36,973 nt of DNA from Pseudoxanthomonas sp. (lineage in GTDB: Bacteria; Pseudomonadota; Gammaproteobacteria; Xanthomonadales; Xanthomonadaceae): NCBI GenBank assembly GCA_039927795.1, contig JBDSUI010000100.1:1-36973 (forward strand), given 5' to 3'. How positions within the stretch are numbered: the first letter of the stretch is position 1; every line of letters starts with the position of its first letter. Shown here one piece after another: positions 26,489 to 35,700 of this stretch. The translations under genes were made by a program, and so were the position numbers. The notes below the pieces were generated by a model, which was given only the letters and a program-made list of their open reading frames with translations, was not told the DNA's origin and ran no database searches.

Positions 26489-26657
26489 AAGCGAGAAACG
26501 AGGGGTGAGGAATGAGAAACGCGGAACGAGAAACGGGAAACGAGAGAAGATCACGGCAGATTTCCTTTTTGCCAGCCACTGCCACGCACAGAACTCGCTT
26601 GGGTCGGTCACCCCTAAGCCCCGGCTCCCACTTCTCGTTCCTCACCCCTCGTTCCTC
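26489..26657. repeat. Two inverted arrays of degenerate heptamer tandem repeats
   Basis: Eight units at 26489-26544 (AAGCGAG AAACGAG GGGTGAG GAATGAG AAACGCG GAACGAG AAACGGG AAACGAG). Complementary units at about 26620-26657. 26493-26518 and 26632-26657 form a 24/26 inverted repeat. Confidence 0.85.
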
Positions 26658-26704
26658 AGCTCTCCCCGGTGTACCCTGCCCATTCCCGATAACGAGGCGT
26701 GCGC

Positions 26705-27337
26705 ATGAAGACGATTCTGGTCGCCAGCTCCAAGGGTGGCGCGGGCAAGACCACGGTGGCGACCAATCTGGCGGCGTATTTCGCTTTGGATGGCAAGCGG
26801 ACGGTGCTGGTGGATGCGGATCCCCAGCATTCCTCGACCCGCTGGGCCGAGCGCCGGGCAGAGATGGAATCGGCGGTGCTTCCCCTTGATGCCAGTAACA
26901 AGCGGGCCTGGCGTGCCCACTTGCCGGACGATGCCGAACGCGTGGTCATCGATGCCCCGGCAGGCTCCATGGCCGATGATCTCAGCCACTTCCTGGAATA
27001 TGTCGACGCCATCGTGGTGCCGGTGTTGCCCTCGGCGCTGGATATCGAGGCCACGGTGGGCTTCCTGAATTCGCTGGCCAAGGTGCCGCGCGTGCACAAG
27101 CGCAAGCTGCCGGTGGGCCTGGTGGTAAACCGCAGCAAGCCGTGGACCAACACTTCGCAGCAGGCAGTGGCAATGCTCAAGACCTGGCCCTACCCGGTGG
27201 TTGCGCAGTTGCGCGACACGCAGGCCTACGTGGTCATGGCCGGGCTGGGCCGCAGCCTGTTCGATTACCGGTCCGCGCAGGTGCGCGACCACCAAGCCGA
27301 TTGGGACCCGTTGCTGAAATGGCTCAAGAAAGCCTGA
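26705..27337 (+). CDS. Orphan ParA/Soj-family ATPase
   Basis: Deviant Walker A SSKGGAGKTT, LVDADPQ, VIDAP, PVLPSALD, VVNR. No parB nearby. Confidence 0.9.
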   Translation: MKTILVASSKGGAGKTTVATNLAAYFALDGKRTVLVDADPQHSSTRWAERRAEMESAVLPLDASNKRAWRAHLPDDAERVVIDAPAGSMADDLSHFLEYVDAIVVPVLPSALDIEATVGFLNSLAKVPRVHKRKLPVGLVVNRSKPWTNTSQQAVAMLKTWPYPVVAQLRDTQAYVVMAGLGRSLFDYRSAQVRDHQADWDPLLKWLKKA

Positions 27338-27403
27338 GCCGGGCAACAGACCCATGTCCAACACACCGCTTTCCACCCAGCTGATGACCTTCCAGGGGAT
27401 GCC

Positions 27404-27880
27404 ATGCGTGAACTGATACTCCTGCGCCATGCGCATGCCGAACCCGCCGCCGCCGGGCAGCCCGACCTGGACCGTCCGCTTACCGTGCAAGGCCTGGCCG
27501 AGGCGCAAGCCGCCGGTCGCTGGCTGGCCGAGCAGGGCCTGGTTCCCGACCGGGTGCTGTGTTCGCCGGCGCGGCGCGCGCGCGAGACCCTGGAAGCGGT
27601 ACTTGAGGGCACCGGCTACGTCGAACAGCGGCTCGAAGAGCGCATCTACGAGGCCACCGCCGGCACGCTGGCGGAACTGGCCGATGCCCACCGCGAGACC
27701 GAGCGGCTGCTGCTGGTCGGACACAATCCGGGCCTGGAGCGACTGGCCGCGCTGATGCACAGCGGTCAGTCCGGCGACTATCGCGGCATGCCCACCTCGG
27801 CGGTGGTGGTCCTGAAACTGCCGCTGGACGCGACCATCGAACCGGGTATCGCCACGCTCTCCGCCTTCTGGTGGCCGTGA
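27404..27880 (+). CDS. SixA-type histidine phosphatase
   Basis: LILLRHAHA, DRPLT, CSPARRARET, LLVGHNPGL. Confidence 0.88.
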   Translation: MRELILLRHAHAEPAAAGQPDLDRPLTVQGLAEAQAAGRWLAEQGLVPDRVLCSPARRARETLEAVLEGTGYVEQRLEERIYEATAGTLAELADAHRETERLLLVGHNPGLERLAALMHSGQSGDYRGMPTSAVVVLKLPLDATIEPGIATLSAFWWP

Positions 27881-28458
27881 CGGTCCCAATGTCGGGCCGC
27901 AATCGCTGGGCTTGGTATGGGGTGGTTCTGCTGTGCCTGTGGCCTGCATTGTTCGCGTCGGCGGCCTCGTTTGGCCCTGCCTCGCGCTTCGGTTTCGAGC
28001 TGCGCACGCGCTGGGGCATGAAGCTGGAAGGCCAGTTCTCGCGCTACGAAGGCGAAGTCCGCCAGTTGCCCGGCGGCGGCCAGCAAGTGGTCCTGCGCAT
28101 GTTCACCGAGTCGGTAGAGATCGTGGGCTATCCGCGTTATAGCGAGTGGACCCGCAGTGCGCGGTTTTTTGACGCCAGCCGGTATCCGGTGGTGACCTTT
28201 GTGTCCCGGCCTTACGACCAGGCGTTGCTGCAGCAGGGCGGCGAACTGGCCGGCGAACTGAGCATCCGTGGCATCAGCCGGCCCAAGACCCTGACCGTGG
28301 CGGCTTCCACCTGCGCCCGCCCCGCTTACGACTGCGATGTGGTGGCTACCGGCGCCGTGCGGCGCAGCGACTACGACATGGACGACTGGATGATGGCGGT
28401 AAGTGACCGGGTAGTGTTCGTGCTGCGCGCGCGGCTGAAGACGGAGCCGCTTTCGTGA
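27877..28458 (+). CDS. YceI family lipid/polyisoprenoid-binding protein
   Basis: GTGA overlap with the SixA gene; signal/TM segment; FFDASRYPVVTFVS, GELSIRGISRP, RRSDYDM. Confidence 0.82.
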   Translation: MTVPMSGRNRWAWYGVVLLCLWPALFASAASFGPASRFGFELRTRWGMKLEGQFSRYEGEVRQLPGGGQQVVLRMFTESVEIVGYPRYSEWTRSARFFDASRYPVVTFVSRPYDQALLQQGGELAGELSIRGISRPKTLTVAASTCARPAYDCDVVATGAVRRSDYDMDDWMMAVSDRVVFVLRARLKTEPLS

Positions 28459-30401
28459 CCCCAGCGTTGCGCGGCCTGGTGCTGCTGCTGATCCTGTCGT
28501 CGAGCGCCTGCGCCAGCCTGTCCAGCACACAACGCAACCGTGCAGAAGCCATCGCCCTGGCGGCCCGCTCGCAGGTGGTTGATTGCAGCGCGGCGCGCGC
28601 CTGTGCGCAGACCTCGCCTTTGCATGCGCTGGGCGAGCGCGCCTACCGTGAATCCAGCGCGCAGGCGCCGCGCCATTACGCGGTGATCCTGGACCACGGC
28701 CAGGATGCGCTGCTGGCGCGCGTCAACCTGATCCGCAGCGCGCAGACCAGCATTGACCTGCAAACCTATATTTTCGACAAGGACGACAGTGCGCGGCTGG
28801 TGATCGACGAGTTGCTCGCCGCGGCACGGCGTGGAGTCAAGGTGCGTGTGTTGATCGACCAGTTGTCGGCAATCCCGGACCTGGAAATACTGGCGGCGCT
28901 GGCAGGTGCGCATGCCAATTTCCAGCTGCGCGTCTACAACCCCAGCTTCGGCAAGGCCAAGCTCAACTACCTGGATTACGCCGGCAGCGTGCTGTGCTGT
29001 TTCCGGCGCTTCAACCAGCGCATGCATACCAAGCTGATGCTGGTCGACGACCTGATCGGCATCACCGGCGGGCGCAATTACCAGGACGACTATTACGACT
29101 GGGACGCCCAGTACAACTTCCGCGATCGCGATGTGCTGGTGGCGGGGCCGGCATCGCGTGAAATGGCGGCCAATTTCGAGGCGTTCTGGATTGCGCGCCG
29201 CAGCATCGCCGTCGAACGCCTCAACGACGTCGGTCGCAAGCTGCTGAAGGAAGGCGTGCCGACGCTGCCGCCGGCCCAGTTCCTGCGACCGGCGCGGGTC
29301 GCCGCTTTTTCCAGCGAGGCCAGTGATGAAGCCGTGGTCGATGCGCGCCTGGTCCGTGCTGCCATGCCGGTGGCTGCGGTGAGCTACGTGGCCGATCTTC
29401 CCCAAAAGCATCGCCGTGAGCGTCCGGAGGAGGCTGCCCCGGCCGGGTCCGAACTGGAAACGCTGATTGCCGGGGCGCAATCCGAAGTACTGCTGCAAAC
29501 GCCTTACCTGGTGATGTCCGAACCGGCGCAGGCGCTGTTTCGCAGCCTGCACCAGCGCCAGGCGGCGCCACAGGTGATCGTTTCCACCAATAGCCTGGCC
29601 GCTACCGACAACGCGGTGGTGTACTCGATGTCGTTCAAGTACAAACGCCGGTATCTGCGCGATTTCGGCTTTCGCATTTTCGAGTACAAGCCGTTCCCCG
29701 AAGACGCGCCGGTCGACTACGCGGCGTTGCTGCCAGAGCCGCCCATCGGCCTGCCCGACACCGGGGTCACGCCCACCGATGCCGCGCCGCTGGGGCGCAG
29801 CCCGCTGGCGCGCGCGCCGGGCAGTCGCCGAAGCGGCCGCGAGGCGCGGCCCATGCGGCGCACCGAGTCCCGCCCCTCCTTCCTCAGCAGCGGTGCCGGT
29901 GCCAGGTTGCTGCCGCTCAAGCGTGCGGGCGTGCGCATCGGCCTGCATGCCAAGTCGCTGGTCATCGACAATCGGGTCGGGGTGATCGGCACGCATAATT
30001 TCGACCCGCGCTCGGAGAACTACAACACCGAAAGCGCGGTCGTCATCGCCGATGCCTTTTTTGCGCAGGCGCTGGCGGCCAGCATCCGCCGCGACATGCA
30101 GCCTGAGAATTCATGGGTAGTGGCCGCGCGGGCCAAGCCGGTGGTGCTGTCGGGCCTGGACTACAGCCTGGGCAAGGTGTCCGAAGCGCTGCCGCTGTTC
30201 GACCTGTGGCCGTGGCGGTACGCGACCAGCTATGAATTCGTGCCCGGGCCTGCTTGCCCGGCGCCCGTGCCTGCCAGCGATCCGACCTTCCACACATGCT
30301 ATATCTCGGTGGGCGATTTCCCCGAGGTCAACGTGGGCCCCAAGTGGCTGTACACGCGGTTGCTGACCGCGTTTGGCGCGGGCCTGGTTCCCATTCTCTG
30401 A
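28455..30401 (+). CDS. Phospholipase D superfamily lipoprotein (ClsC/YmdC-like)
   Basis: Lipobox-like LSSSAC; IDLQTYIF; two HKD motifs (MHTKLMLVD...GGRN and LHAKSLVID...GTHNFDPRS); TNSLAATD. Confidence 0.9.
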   Translation: MTPALRGLVLLLILSSSACASLSSTQRNRAEAIALAARSQVVDCSAARACAQTSPLHALGERAYRESSAQAPRHYAVILDHGQDALLARVNLIRSAQTSIDLQTYIFDKDDSARLVIDELLAAARRGVKVRVLIDQLSAIPDLEILAALAGAHANFQLRVYNPSFGKAKLNYLDYAGSVLCCFRRFNQRMHTKLMLVDDLIGITGGRNYQDDYYDWDAQYNFRDRDVLVAGPASREMAANFEAFWIARRSIAVERLNDVGRKLLKEGVPTLPPAQFLRPARVAAFSSEASDEAVVDARLVRAAMPVAAVSYVADLPQKHRRERPEEAAPAGSELETLIAGAQSEVLLQTPYLVMSEPAQALFRSLHQRQAAPQVIVSTNSLAATDNAVVYSMSFKYKRRYLRDFGFRIFEYKPFPEDAPVDYAALLPEPPIGLPDTGVTPTDAAPLGRSPLARAPGSRRSGREARPMRRTESRPSFLSSGAGARLLPLKRAGVRIGLHAKSLVIDNRVGVIGTHNFDPRSENYNTESAVVIADAFFAQALAASIRRDMQPENSWVVAARAKPVVLSGLDYSLGKVSEALPLFDLWPWRYATSYEFVPGPACPAPVPASDPTFHTCYISVGDFPEVNVGPKWLYTRLLTAFGAGLVPIL

Positions 30402-30412
30402 AGGAGTTGCTG

Positions 30413-30847
30413 ATGGCTTTTCGCGAACCCGTGGACCTCCAGGCTGTCAACGCCGGGGGCCGCGGCAGCATGATCGAGCACCTGGGTATCGTCATCACCG
30501 AAGCCGGTGATGACTGGCTGCGCGGCACCATGCCGGTCGATGCGCGCACCAGGCAGCCCTACGGATTGCTGCATGGGGGTGCTTCGGTGGTGCTGGCTGA
30601 AACCCTTGGCAGCATGGCCGGCGGCCTGTGCGTGGACCCGTCGCTGTACGCGGTGGTGGGACTGGAAATAAATGCCAACCATCTGCGCGCCGCACGCGAG
30701 GGCCTGGTCACCGGCACCGCCCGCGCGCTGCATGTCGGGCGCAGCACCCAGGTGTGGGAAATCCGCATCGAGAACCCGGCCGGCAAGCCGGTGTGCATTT
30801 CCCGGCTGACGCTTGCGGTGATTCCTGCGGTGCCGGCAGCCCGCTGA
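30413..30847 (+). CDS. Hotdog-fold acyl-CoA thioesterase (MenI/EntH/PaaI-like)
   Basis: AAGGAG RBS; QPYGLLHGGASVVLAETLGS, GLEINANHLR, GRSTQVWEI. Confidence 0.92.
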   Translation: MAFREPVDLQAVNAGGRGSMIEHLGIVITEAGDDWLRGTMPVDARTRQPYGLLHGGASVVLAETLGSMAGGLCVDPSLYAVVGLEINANHLRAAREGLVTGTARALHVGRSTQVWEIRIENPAGKPVCISRLTLAVIPAVPAAR

Positions 30848-31054
30848 TAGCGACTGCGCGCCGTGCTGGCTTTGGTCGTGGTGGCGACGTGGCGAATCCC
30901 TGAGCGCATGCAATGACGATGCTGTGGCTGCTGCTGGTTTCCAGGATCGCAGCCATCACCCTGGCCCTCAGGCGCCTTCGGAACGACGACTGATCGCGTT
31001 GCATGCGCACGGTCTTGGTAGCCGAACTCCCGACCGTTCCGGTATCGTGCGCCC

Positions 31055-31855
31055 ATGATTTCCCCCTTGCCTCGCGCCAGCTCCGGCGGCGGTGTGGGGC
31101 GCGCGTTCCGCTACCTGTACCGCGTACCCCTGCTGTTGGTCCATATTCTCGTGTTGCTGCCGCTGGTGCTGCTGAGCATGGTGCCGCTGTGGTCGGGACT
31201 GCGCGTGGGCGGGCTGCGCATTGAACATCTGGCCATCAAGCTGTGGTCGGCCGGGTTGATGCGTATTTTTGGTTTTCGCCTGCGCAGCACCGGCACGCCG
31301 TTGCCGGACCCGGTGATGTTTGTGGCCAACCACGTCAGCTGGGTGGACATCGAGATGCTGCACAGCCAGCGCATGATGGGGTTCGTGGCCAAACAGGAAA
31401 TCCGCCGCTGGCCGTTAGTGGGCTGGCTCAGCGCGCGTGGCGAGACCATCTTTCACCAGCGCGGCAGCCAGGAATCGATGGGCGGGGTGATGCACGCCAT
31501 GCTTGCCCGCCTGCAGGCCGGTCGCGCAGTTGGGGTGTTTCCGGAAGGCCGCACCCGCGACGGTTCCGAAATTGGCCCCTTCCATGCGCGCATCTTCCAG
31601 CCGGCCGTCGAAGCCGGCGTGCCGGTGCAGCCGGTCGCGCTGCGCTACGGCCGCCAAGGCTGCGCGCAGACGGTGGTGGCGTTCGGGCCAAGCGAAAGCT
31701 TCTTCGCCAATTTCGTGCGCCTGCTGGGCGAACCGCCGCGCAGCGCCGACATCTGCTTCCTGACCCCCATCGTGGCCGGTGAGCTGGAGGGTCGCAGCCG
31801 CATCGCCGACCTGGCGCGCGAGCGCATCGTCGCGGCGATGGGCGCGGACGCCTGA
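31055..31855 (+). CDS. Lysophospholipid acyltransferase (PlsC family)
   Basis: NHVSWVD (HX4D), FVAK, WPLVGWL, VFPEG, VQPVAL; N-terminal TM. Preceded by TATCGT-N6-ATG. Confidence 0.92.
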   Translation: MISPLPRASSGGGVGRAFRYLYRVPLLLVHILVLLPLVLLSMVPLWSGLRVGGLRIEHLAIKLWSAGLMRIFGFRLRSTGTPLPDPVMFVANHVSWVDIEMLHSQRMMGFVAKQEIRRWPLVGWLSARGETIFHQRGSQESMGGVMHAMLARLQAGRAVGVFPEGRTRDGSEIGPFHARIFQPAVEAGVPVQPVALRYGRQGCAQTVVAFGPSESFFANFVRLLGEPPRSADICFLTPIVAGELEGRSRIADLARERIVAAMGADA

Positions 31856-31901
31856 TGCGTTTGGAGGCATTGCTCCAGCCGACGCGACTACCGTGGCTGC
31901 G

Positions 31902-32915
31902 ATGCTGACCGCCGACGACTACCGCCCGCCCAAGTGGCTGCACAATCCGCACCTGCAATCGGTGCTGAGCTCCAGCGGCCTGCGCCGCCGCCGCGGGCTG
32001 CGCGCGCTCAATGCCACCGGCGCGGTGACCACCGAACACATCTTCGACGGCGGCGACGGCGTACGTCTGCAGGGCTGGCACAGCGCGGTTCCCGGGCACA
32101 CCCGCGGCGGCCTGGCGCTGTTGCTGCACGGCTGGGAAGGCAGCACCGAGTCCAGCTACATGCGCATGACCGCCGCGCGCCTGCTGGAAGCGGGTTTCGA
32201 AGTGGTGCGGCTGAACTTCCGTGACCACGGCGGCACCCACCATCTCAACGAGGAAATCTTCCACTCCAACCGTCTGGACGAGGTGGTCAACGCCGCCGGC
32301 GACGTGGCCCGGCGCTTTCCCAATCGCCCATTCGTGGCGGCCGGCTATTCACTGGGCGGCAACTTCGCCCTGCGCCTGGCCCTGCGCGCGCCGCAGGCAG
32401 GCTTGCCGCTGGTGCGGGTGGTGTCGGTCTGTCCGGTGCTGGACCCGTCGGCCTCGCTGATGGGAATGGAGGAAGGCCTGCCGCTGTATCACTGGTATTT
32501 CCAGCGCAAGTGGCGGCATTCGCTGGAGCGCAAGCGCGAACTGTTCCCCGAACGCAACAACTACGATGACGAGACGCTGGCCAAGAGCGTGCGCGAGCTG
32601 ACTCGCTGGATGGTGGAGCGGCATACCGACTTCGGCACCATCGACGACTATTTCGAGGGGTATTCCATTGCCGGCAACCGGCTTTCGGGACTGGCCGTGC
32701 CAGCCGACATTCTGATGGCGCAGGACGATCCGGTGATCCCCTTCGCCGATTTCCAGGGCTGGCAGCTGCCTGCTATCGCCAATCTGGAAACCGCGCGCTG
32801 GGGTGGGCATTGCGGCTTCATCGAGAACGCTGCCTGCGACGGATTCGGGGAGCGCTGGGTGACTGAACGCCTGGCGCAATCCGCAGCAGCGCATGTGCAA
32901 GGCATGCCTGCCTAG
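31902..32915 (+). CDS. YheT-like alpha/beta hydrolase
   Basis: NPHLQS, LLHGWEGS, RLNFRDHG, nucleophile GYSLGG, DDPVIP, GGHCGF. Confidence 0.9.
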   Translation: MLTADDYRPPKWLHNPHLQSVLSSSGLRRRRGLRALNATGAVTTEHIFDGGDGVRLQGWHSAVPGHTRGGLALLLHGWEGSTESSYMRMTAARLLEAGFEVVRLNFRDHGGTHHLNEEIFHSNRLDEVVNAAGDVARRFPNRPFVAAGYSLGGNFALRLALRAPQAGLPLVRVVSVCPVLDPSASLMGMEEGLPLYHWYFQRKWRHSLERKRELFPERNNYDDETLAKSVRELTRWMVERHTDFGTIDDYFEGYSIAGNRLSGLAVPADILMAQDDPVIPFADFQGWQLPAIANLETARWGGHCGFIENAACDGFGERWVTERLAQSAAAHVQGMPA

Positions 32916-32960
32916 GCGTGCCCGGATAGAATGGGGTTTCGCCCGAAGTTGCTGGATCCC

Positions 32961-35027
32961 ATGCAAGACACGATCATCGACGCCCTGCGTCGCGATGCGG
33001 TTGAAGACGCCCTTACCCAGGCGCGCGAATGGACTCATTTGCAGCCGGAAAACGCGCATGCACACCGCTGGCTGGCCGCAGCCTTGCAACAGCAGGGTGA
33101 CCATGCCGACGCCATGGGCAGCATCGACCGTGCCATCGCCCTGGCCCCGCAGGATGACAGCCTGCTGCTGGTGCGCGCCAGCCTGCAGATCGCCGCCAGG
33201 CAGGTGGAAGAAGCGGGCCAGACACTCCGCCACGCCAGCGCGCTCAATCCAAACCAGCTGGGCGCCTATCTGATGCAGGCGCAGCTTGCCTTCGGTCGCG
33301 GTGATACCGCAGAGGCCGAACGTCTGAGCCGGCTGGCAGCGCGCGTGTCGCCCGACCATCCACAACTCGCCGTGATGGAGGGACTACTGGCCTTGCAGCG
33401 GGGCCAGGTCGATACGGCCTTTGCTCGCGTATCTGACGGCCTCAAGCACGCGCCTGACGATGTCCAGCTGCGCTACGTGCTGGGTCTGGTCTATTTGCGC
33501 AAACAGCATTGGGCGTTCGCCGAACAGCTGTTCCGGGGTGTGGTGGCAAGCATCCCGTCTGCAAGCAGCCTGCATGTGCTGATCTCGGACCTGGTCAACC
33601 GCCAGGGGCGTCCCGATGAGGCAGCCGCGGAACTGGTCCCCCTGCTCGCCGATACAGCAACGGTGACCCCTGCGGTGCAGCGCGCGGCCGGTCTTTTGCA
33701 TGCGACAGCCGGGCAGTTTGAACAAGCATTGCCCTTGCTGCGAAGCGCGCTGGCAGCCATGCCCAGGGACCGGCCCACCCTGCAGGCGCTGGTAGCGGGG
33801 TGGCGCACGCTGGGGTTGGGTGATGAAGCCCGTGCCTCGCTTGACTCAGTACTTTCCATGACTGCAGATGCGCCGGACCTGTGGCAAGCACGCCTGCGGT
33901 TTGCCGAAAGCGCCGACGCCGCACGCACGGTGCTGCAGCGTTGGATACAGGCCATGCCGCAGGCCATCCTGCCTTGGGAGATCCTGCTTTCGCAGCAACA
34001 GCAGGCCGGCGACCAGGCAGGTGCCGACGCCACCGCCGCACGGTTGTTGGAACGGGTACCGGCGCATTCGGCGGCGCGGCTGCAATTCCTGCAGACATTG
34101 AGGGCAGAGGATCCGCAGGCAGCCATTGCCCAGCTGGAAAGCTGGCTGCTGCTAACCGGCGAGCCTGAAGAGAGGCGCTTCCTGCACGGCATGCTTGGCT
34201 TCAGCCATGACCAGCAAGGGCGCTGGGAACAGGCCCTCGAAACCTGGACCCTGATGCAAAAAGAGCGCATGCCGCGGCTGGCTCAATTGCCGCCGCTCAG
34301 TGCGGTGCGAGGCGAATGGCCGGACATGGCGCCGCGTTCCGAAGCGCAGTCCAACCTGGCGTTCCTGTGGGGGCCGCCAGGATCGGGCGTGGAGCGCCTG
34401 GCCGCTGTACTGGAGCCGTTGGCGGGACCCTTCCGTTCCGACCGCTTCAGCGCTGCACCGCCACTGGATGGCTTCCAGTCCTACGGGCTTATAGAAGACC
34501 TGATCAGCGGACGCACCCCCGGGGACCAAGTCGCCTCACGCTGGCGCGCGGCGCTGCCCGCGCGCGGCCTGACCGGCGCGGAGGTGCTGGACTGGCTGCC
34601 CTGGTGGGACAACGCCTTGCTGATCGCACTGCGTCCGCACCTGCGCGATGCCACGCTGATCATCGCCTTGCGCGACCCGCGCGACATGCTGCTCGACTGG
34701 CTTGCTTTCGGTTCTGCTGCGCCGTTTGCGTTTCCGTCGGCCGAAACTGCCGCCGAGTGGCTGGCAAATACGCTCGAGCAAATTGCCGCACTGGTTGAGC
34801 ACCAGTGGTTCGCTAACCAGGTCCTGCACACCGATGGCATTGGCGACGATCCGCTGGCGGCCGCGGCCTTGATAGGCGACGCGCTAGGCATCCCGCTGCC
34901 CGCGCCGGATTCGGTTGGTCCAGGTCGGTTCCCGCCCGGCTACTGGCGTAACTACGCCAAGGCGCTCGAAGCTCCGTTTGCGTTGCTCACCCCCGTGGCC
35001 CAGCGTCTGGGCTATCCGCAAGACTGA
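32961..35027 (+). CDS. TPR-repeat protein with C-terminal degenerate sulfotransferase-like P-loop domain
   Basis: Multiple TPR units over about 430 aa, then FLWGPPGSGVE, DWLPW, LRDPRD. TAGAAT -10 candidate upstream; ATG 32931 is an alternative start. Confidence 0.85.
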   Translation: MQDTIIDALRRDAVEDALTQAREWTHLQPENAHAHRWLAAALQQQGDHADAMGSIDRAIALAPQDDSLLLVRASLQIAARQVEEAGQTLRHASALNPNQLGAYLMQAQLAFGRGDTAEAERLSRLAARVSPDHPQLAVMEGLLALQRGQVDTAFARVSDGLKHAPDDVQLRYVLGLVYLRKQHWAFAEQLFRGVVASIPSASSLHVLISDLVNRQGRPDEAAAELVPLLADTATVTPAVQRAAGLLHATAGQFEQALPLLRSALAAMPRDRPTLQALVAGWRTLGLGDEARASLDSVLSMTADAPDLWQARLRFAESADAARTVLQRWIQAMPQAILPWEILLSQQQQAGDQAGADATAARLLERVPAHSAARLQFLQTLRAEDPQAAIAQLESWLLLTGEPEERRFLHGMLGFSHDQQGRWEQALETWTLMQKERMPRLAQLPPLSAVRGEWPDMAPRSEAQSNLAFLWGPPGSGVERLAAVLEPLAGPFRSDRFSAAPPLDGFQSYGLIEDLISGRTPGDQVASRWRAALPARGLTGAEVLDWLPWWDNALLIALRPHLRDATLIIALRDPRDMLLDWLAFGSAAPFAFPSAETAAEWLANTLEQIAALVEHQWFANQVLHTDGIGDDPLAAAALIGDALGIPLPAPDSVGPGRFPPGYWRNYAKALEAPFALLTPVAQRLGYPQD

Positions 35028-35044
35028 ATCAGAAGGACGATCCG

Positions 35045-35653
35045 ATGCGCCTGCACAGCAACAGTTTCCAGAACGGCCAGCCAATGCCAGCGGAATTTGC
35101 GATGGGCGGCCCCGACGGGTTCGCTGGCAACCGCAATCCACATCTGGCCTGGGACGAGGTGCCTGCCGGCACCCGCTCATTCGTGTTGCTGTGCATTGAT
35201 CCGGATGCGCCCACCGTGCCCGAAACCGTGGGCCGCAAGGATCTGCAAATCCCGGTCGAGCAGCCGCGCAGCGATTTCATCCACTGGGTGATGGTCGACA
35301 TCCCGGCCACGACGCGGGCGATCGAGGCGGGCAGTTGCAGCGATGGCATGGTTGCCAAAGGCAAGCAGGCGCCCACCGGTCCTGCAGGCGCCCGTCAGGG
35401 CCTGAATGACTACAGCGGCTGGTTCGCCGGTGATGCCGATATGGGGGGCCACTACTTCGGTTACGACGGCCCGTATCCGCCCTTCAATGACCTGCGCATG
35501 CACCGCTATTTCTTCAGGCTTTTCGCGCTGGACGTGGAAAGGCTGGACGTGGGCGACAGGTTCACTGCGGCCCAGGTGCTGCGTGCGATGCAGGGACATG
35601 TGCGGGGCGAGGCGCTGGTGCATGGCAGCTACTCGCTCAACTCTGGCGCCTGA
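35045..35653 (+). CDS. YbhB/YbcL family PEBP (Raf kinase inhibitor-like) protein
   Basis: NPHLAW, DPDAP, FIHW, NDY, YDGPYPP, HRYFF; AGGA RBS. Confidence 0.92.
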   Translation: MRLHSNSFQNGQPMPAEFAMGGPDGFAGNRNPHLAWDEVPAGTRSFVLLCIDPDAPTVPETVGRKDLQIPVEQPRSDFIHWVMVDIPATTRAIEAGSCSDGMVAKGKQAPTGPAGARQGLNDYSGWFAGDADMGGHYFGYDGPYPPFNDLRMHRYFFRLFALDVERLDVGDRFTAAQVLRAMQGHVRGEALVHGSYSLNSGA

Positions 35654-35700
35654 TCCGCGCGGGTCAATTGCTGGCAAACCCTGCCGCTTCAATGTGCCCT

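Noticed and set aside
26442-26645. N-terminal extension of the AAA ATPase given in the ORF track
   Set aside because: It translates the heptamer repeats and promoter region; the GTG at 26441 gives a family-typical start.
26489-26657. CRISPR array or IS ends
   Set aside because: Units are 7 nt with no spacers, and there is no cas or transposase gene or evident target duplication.
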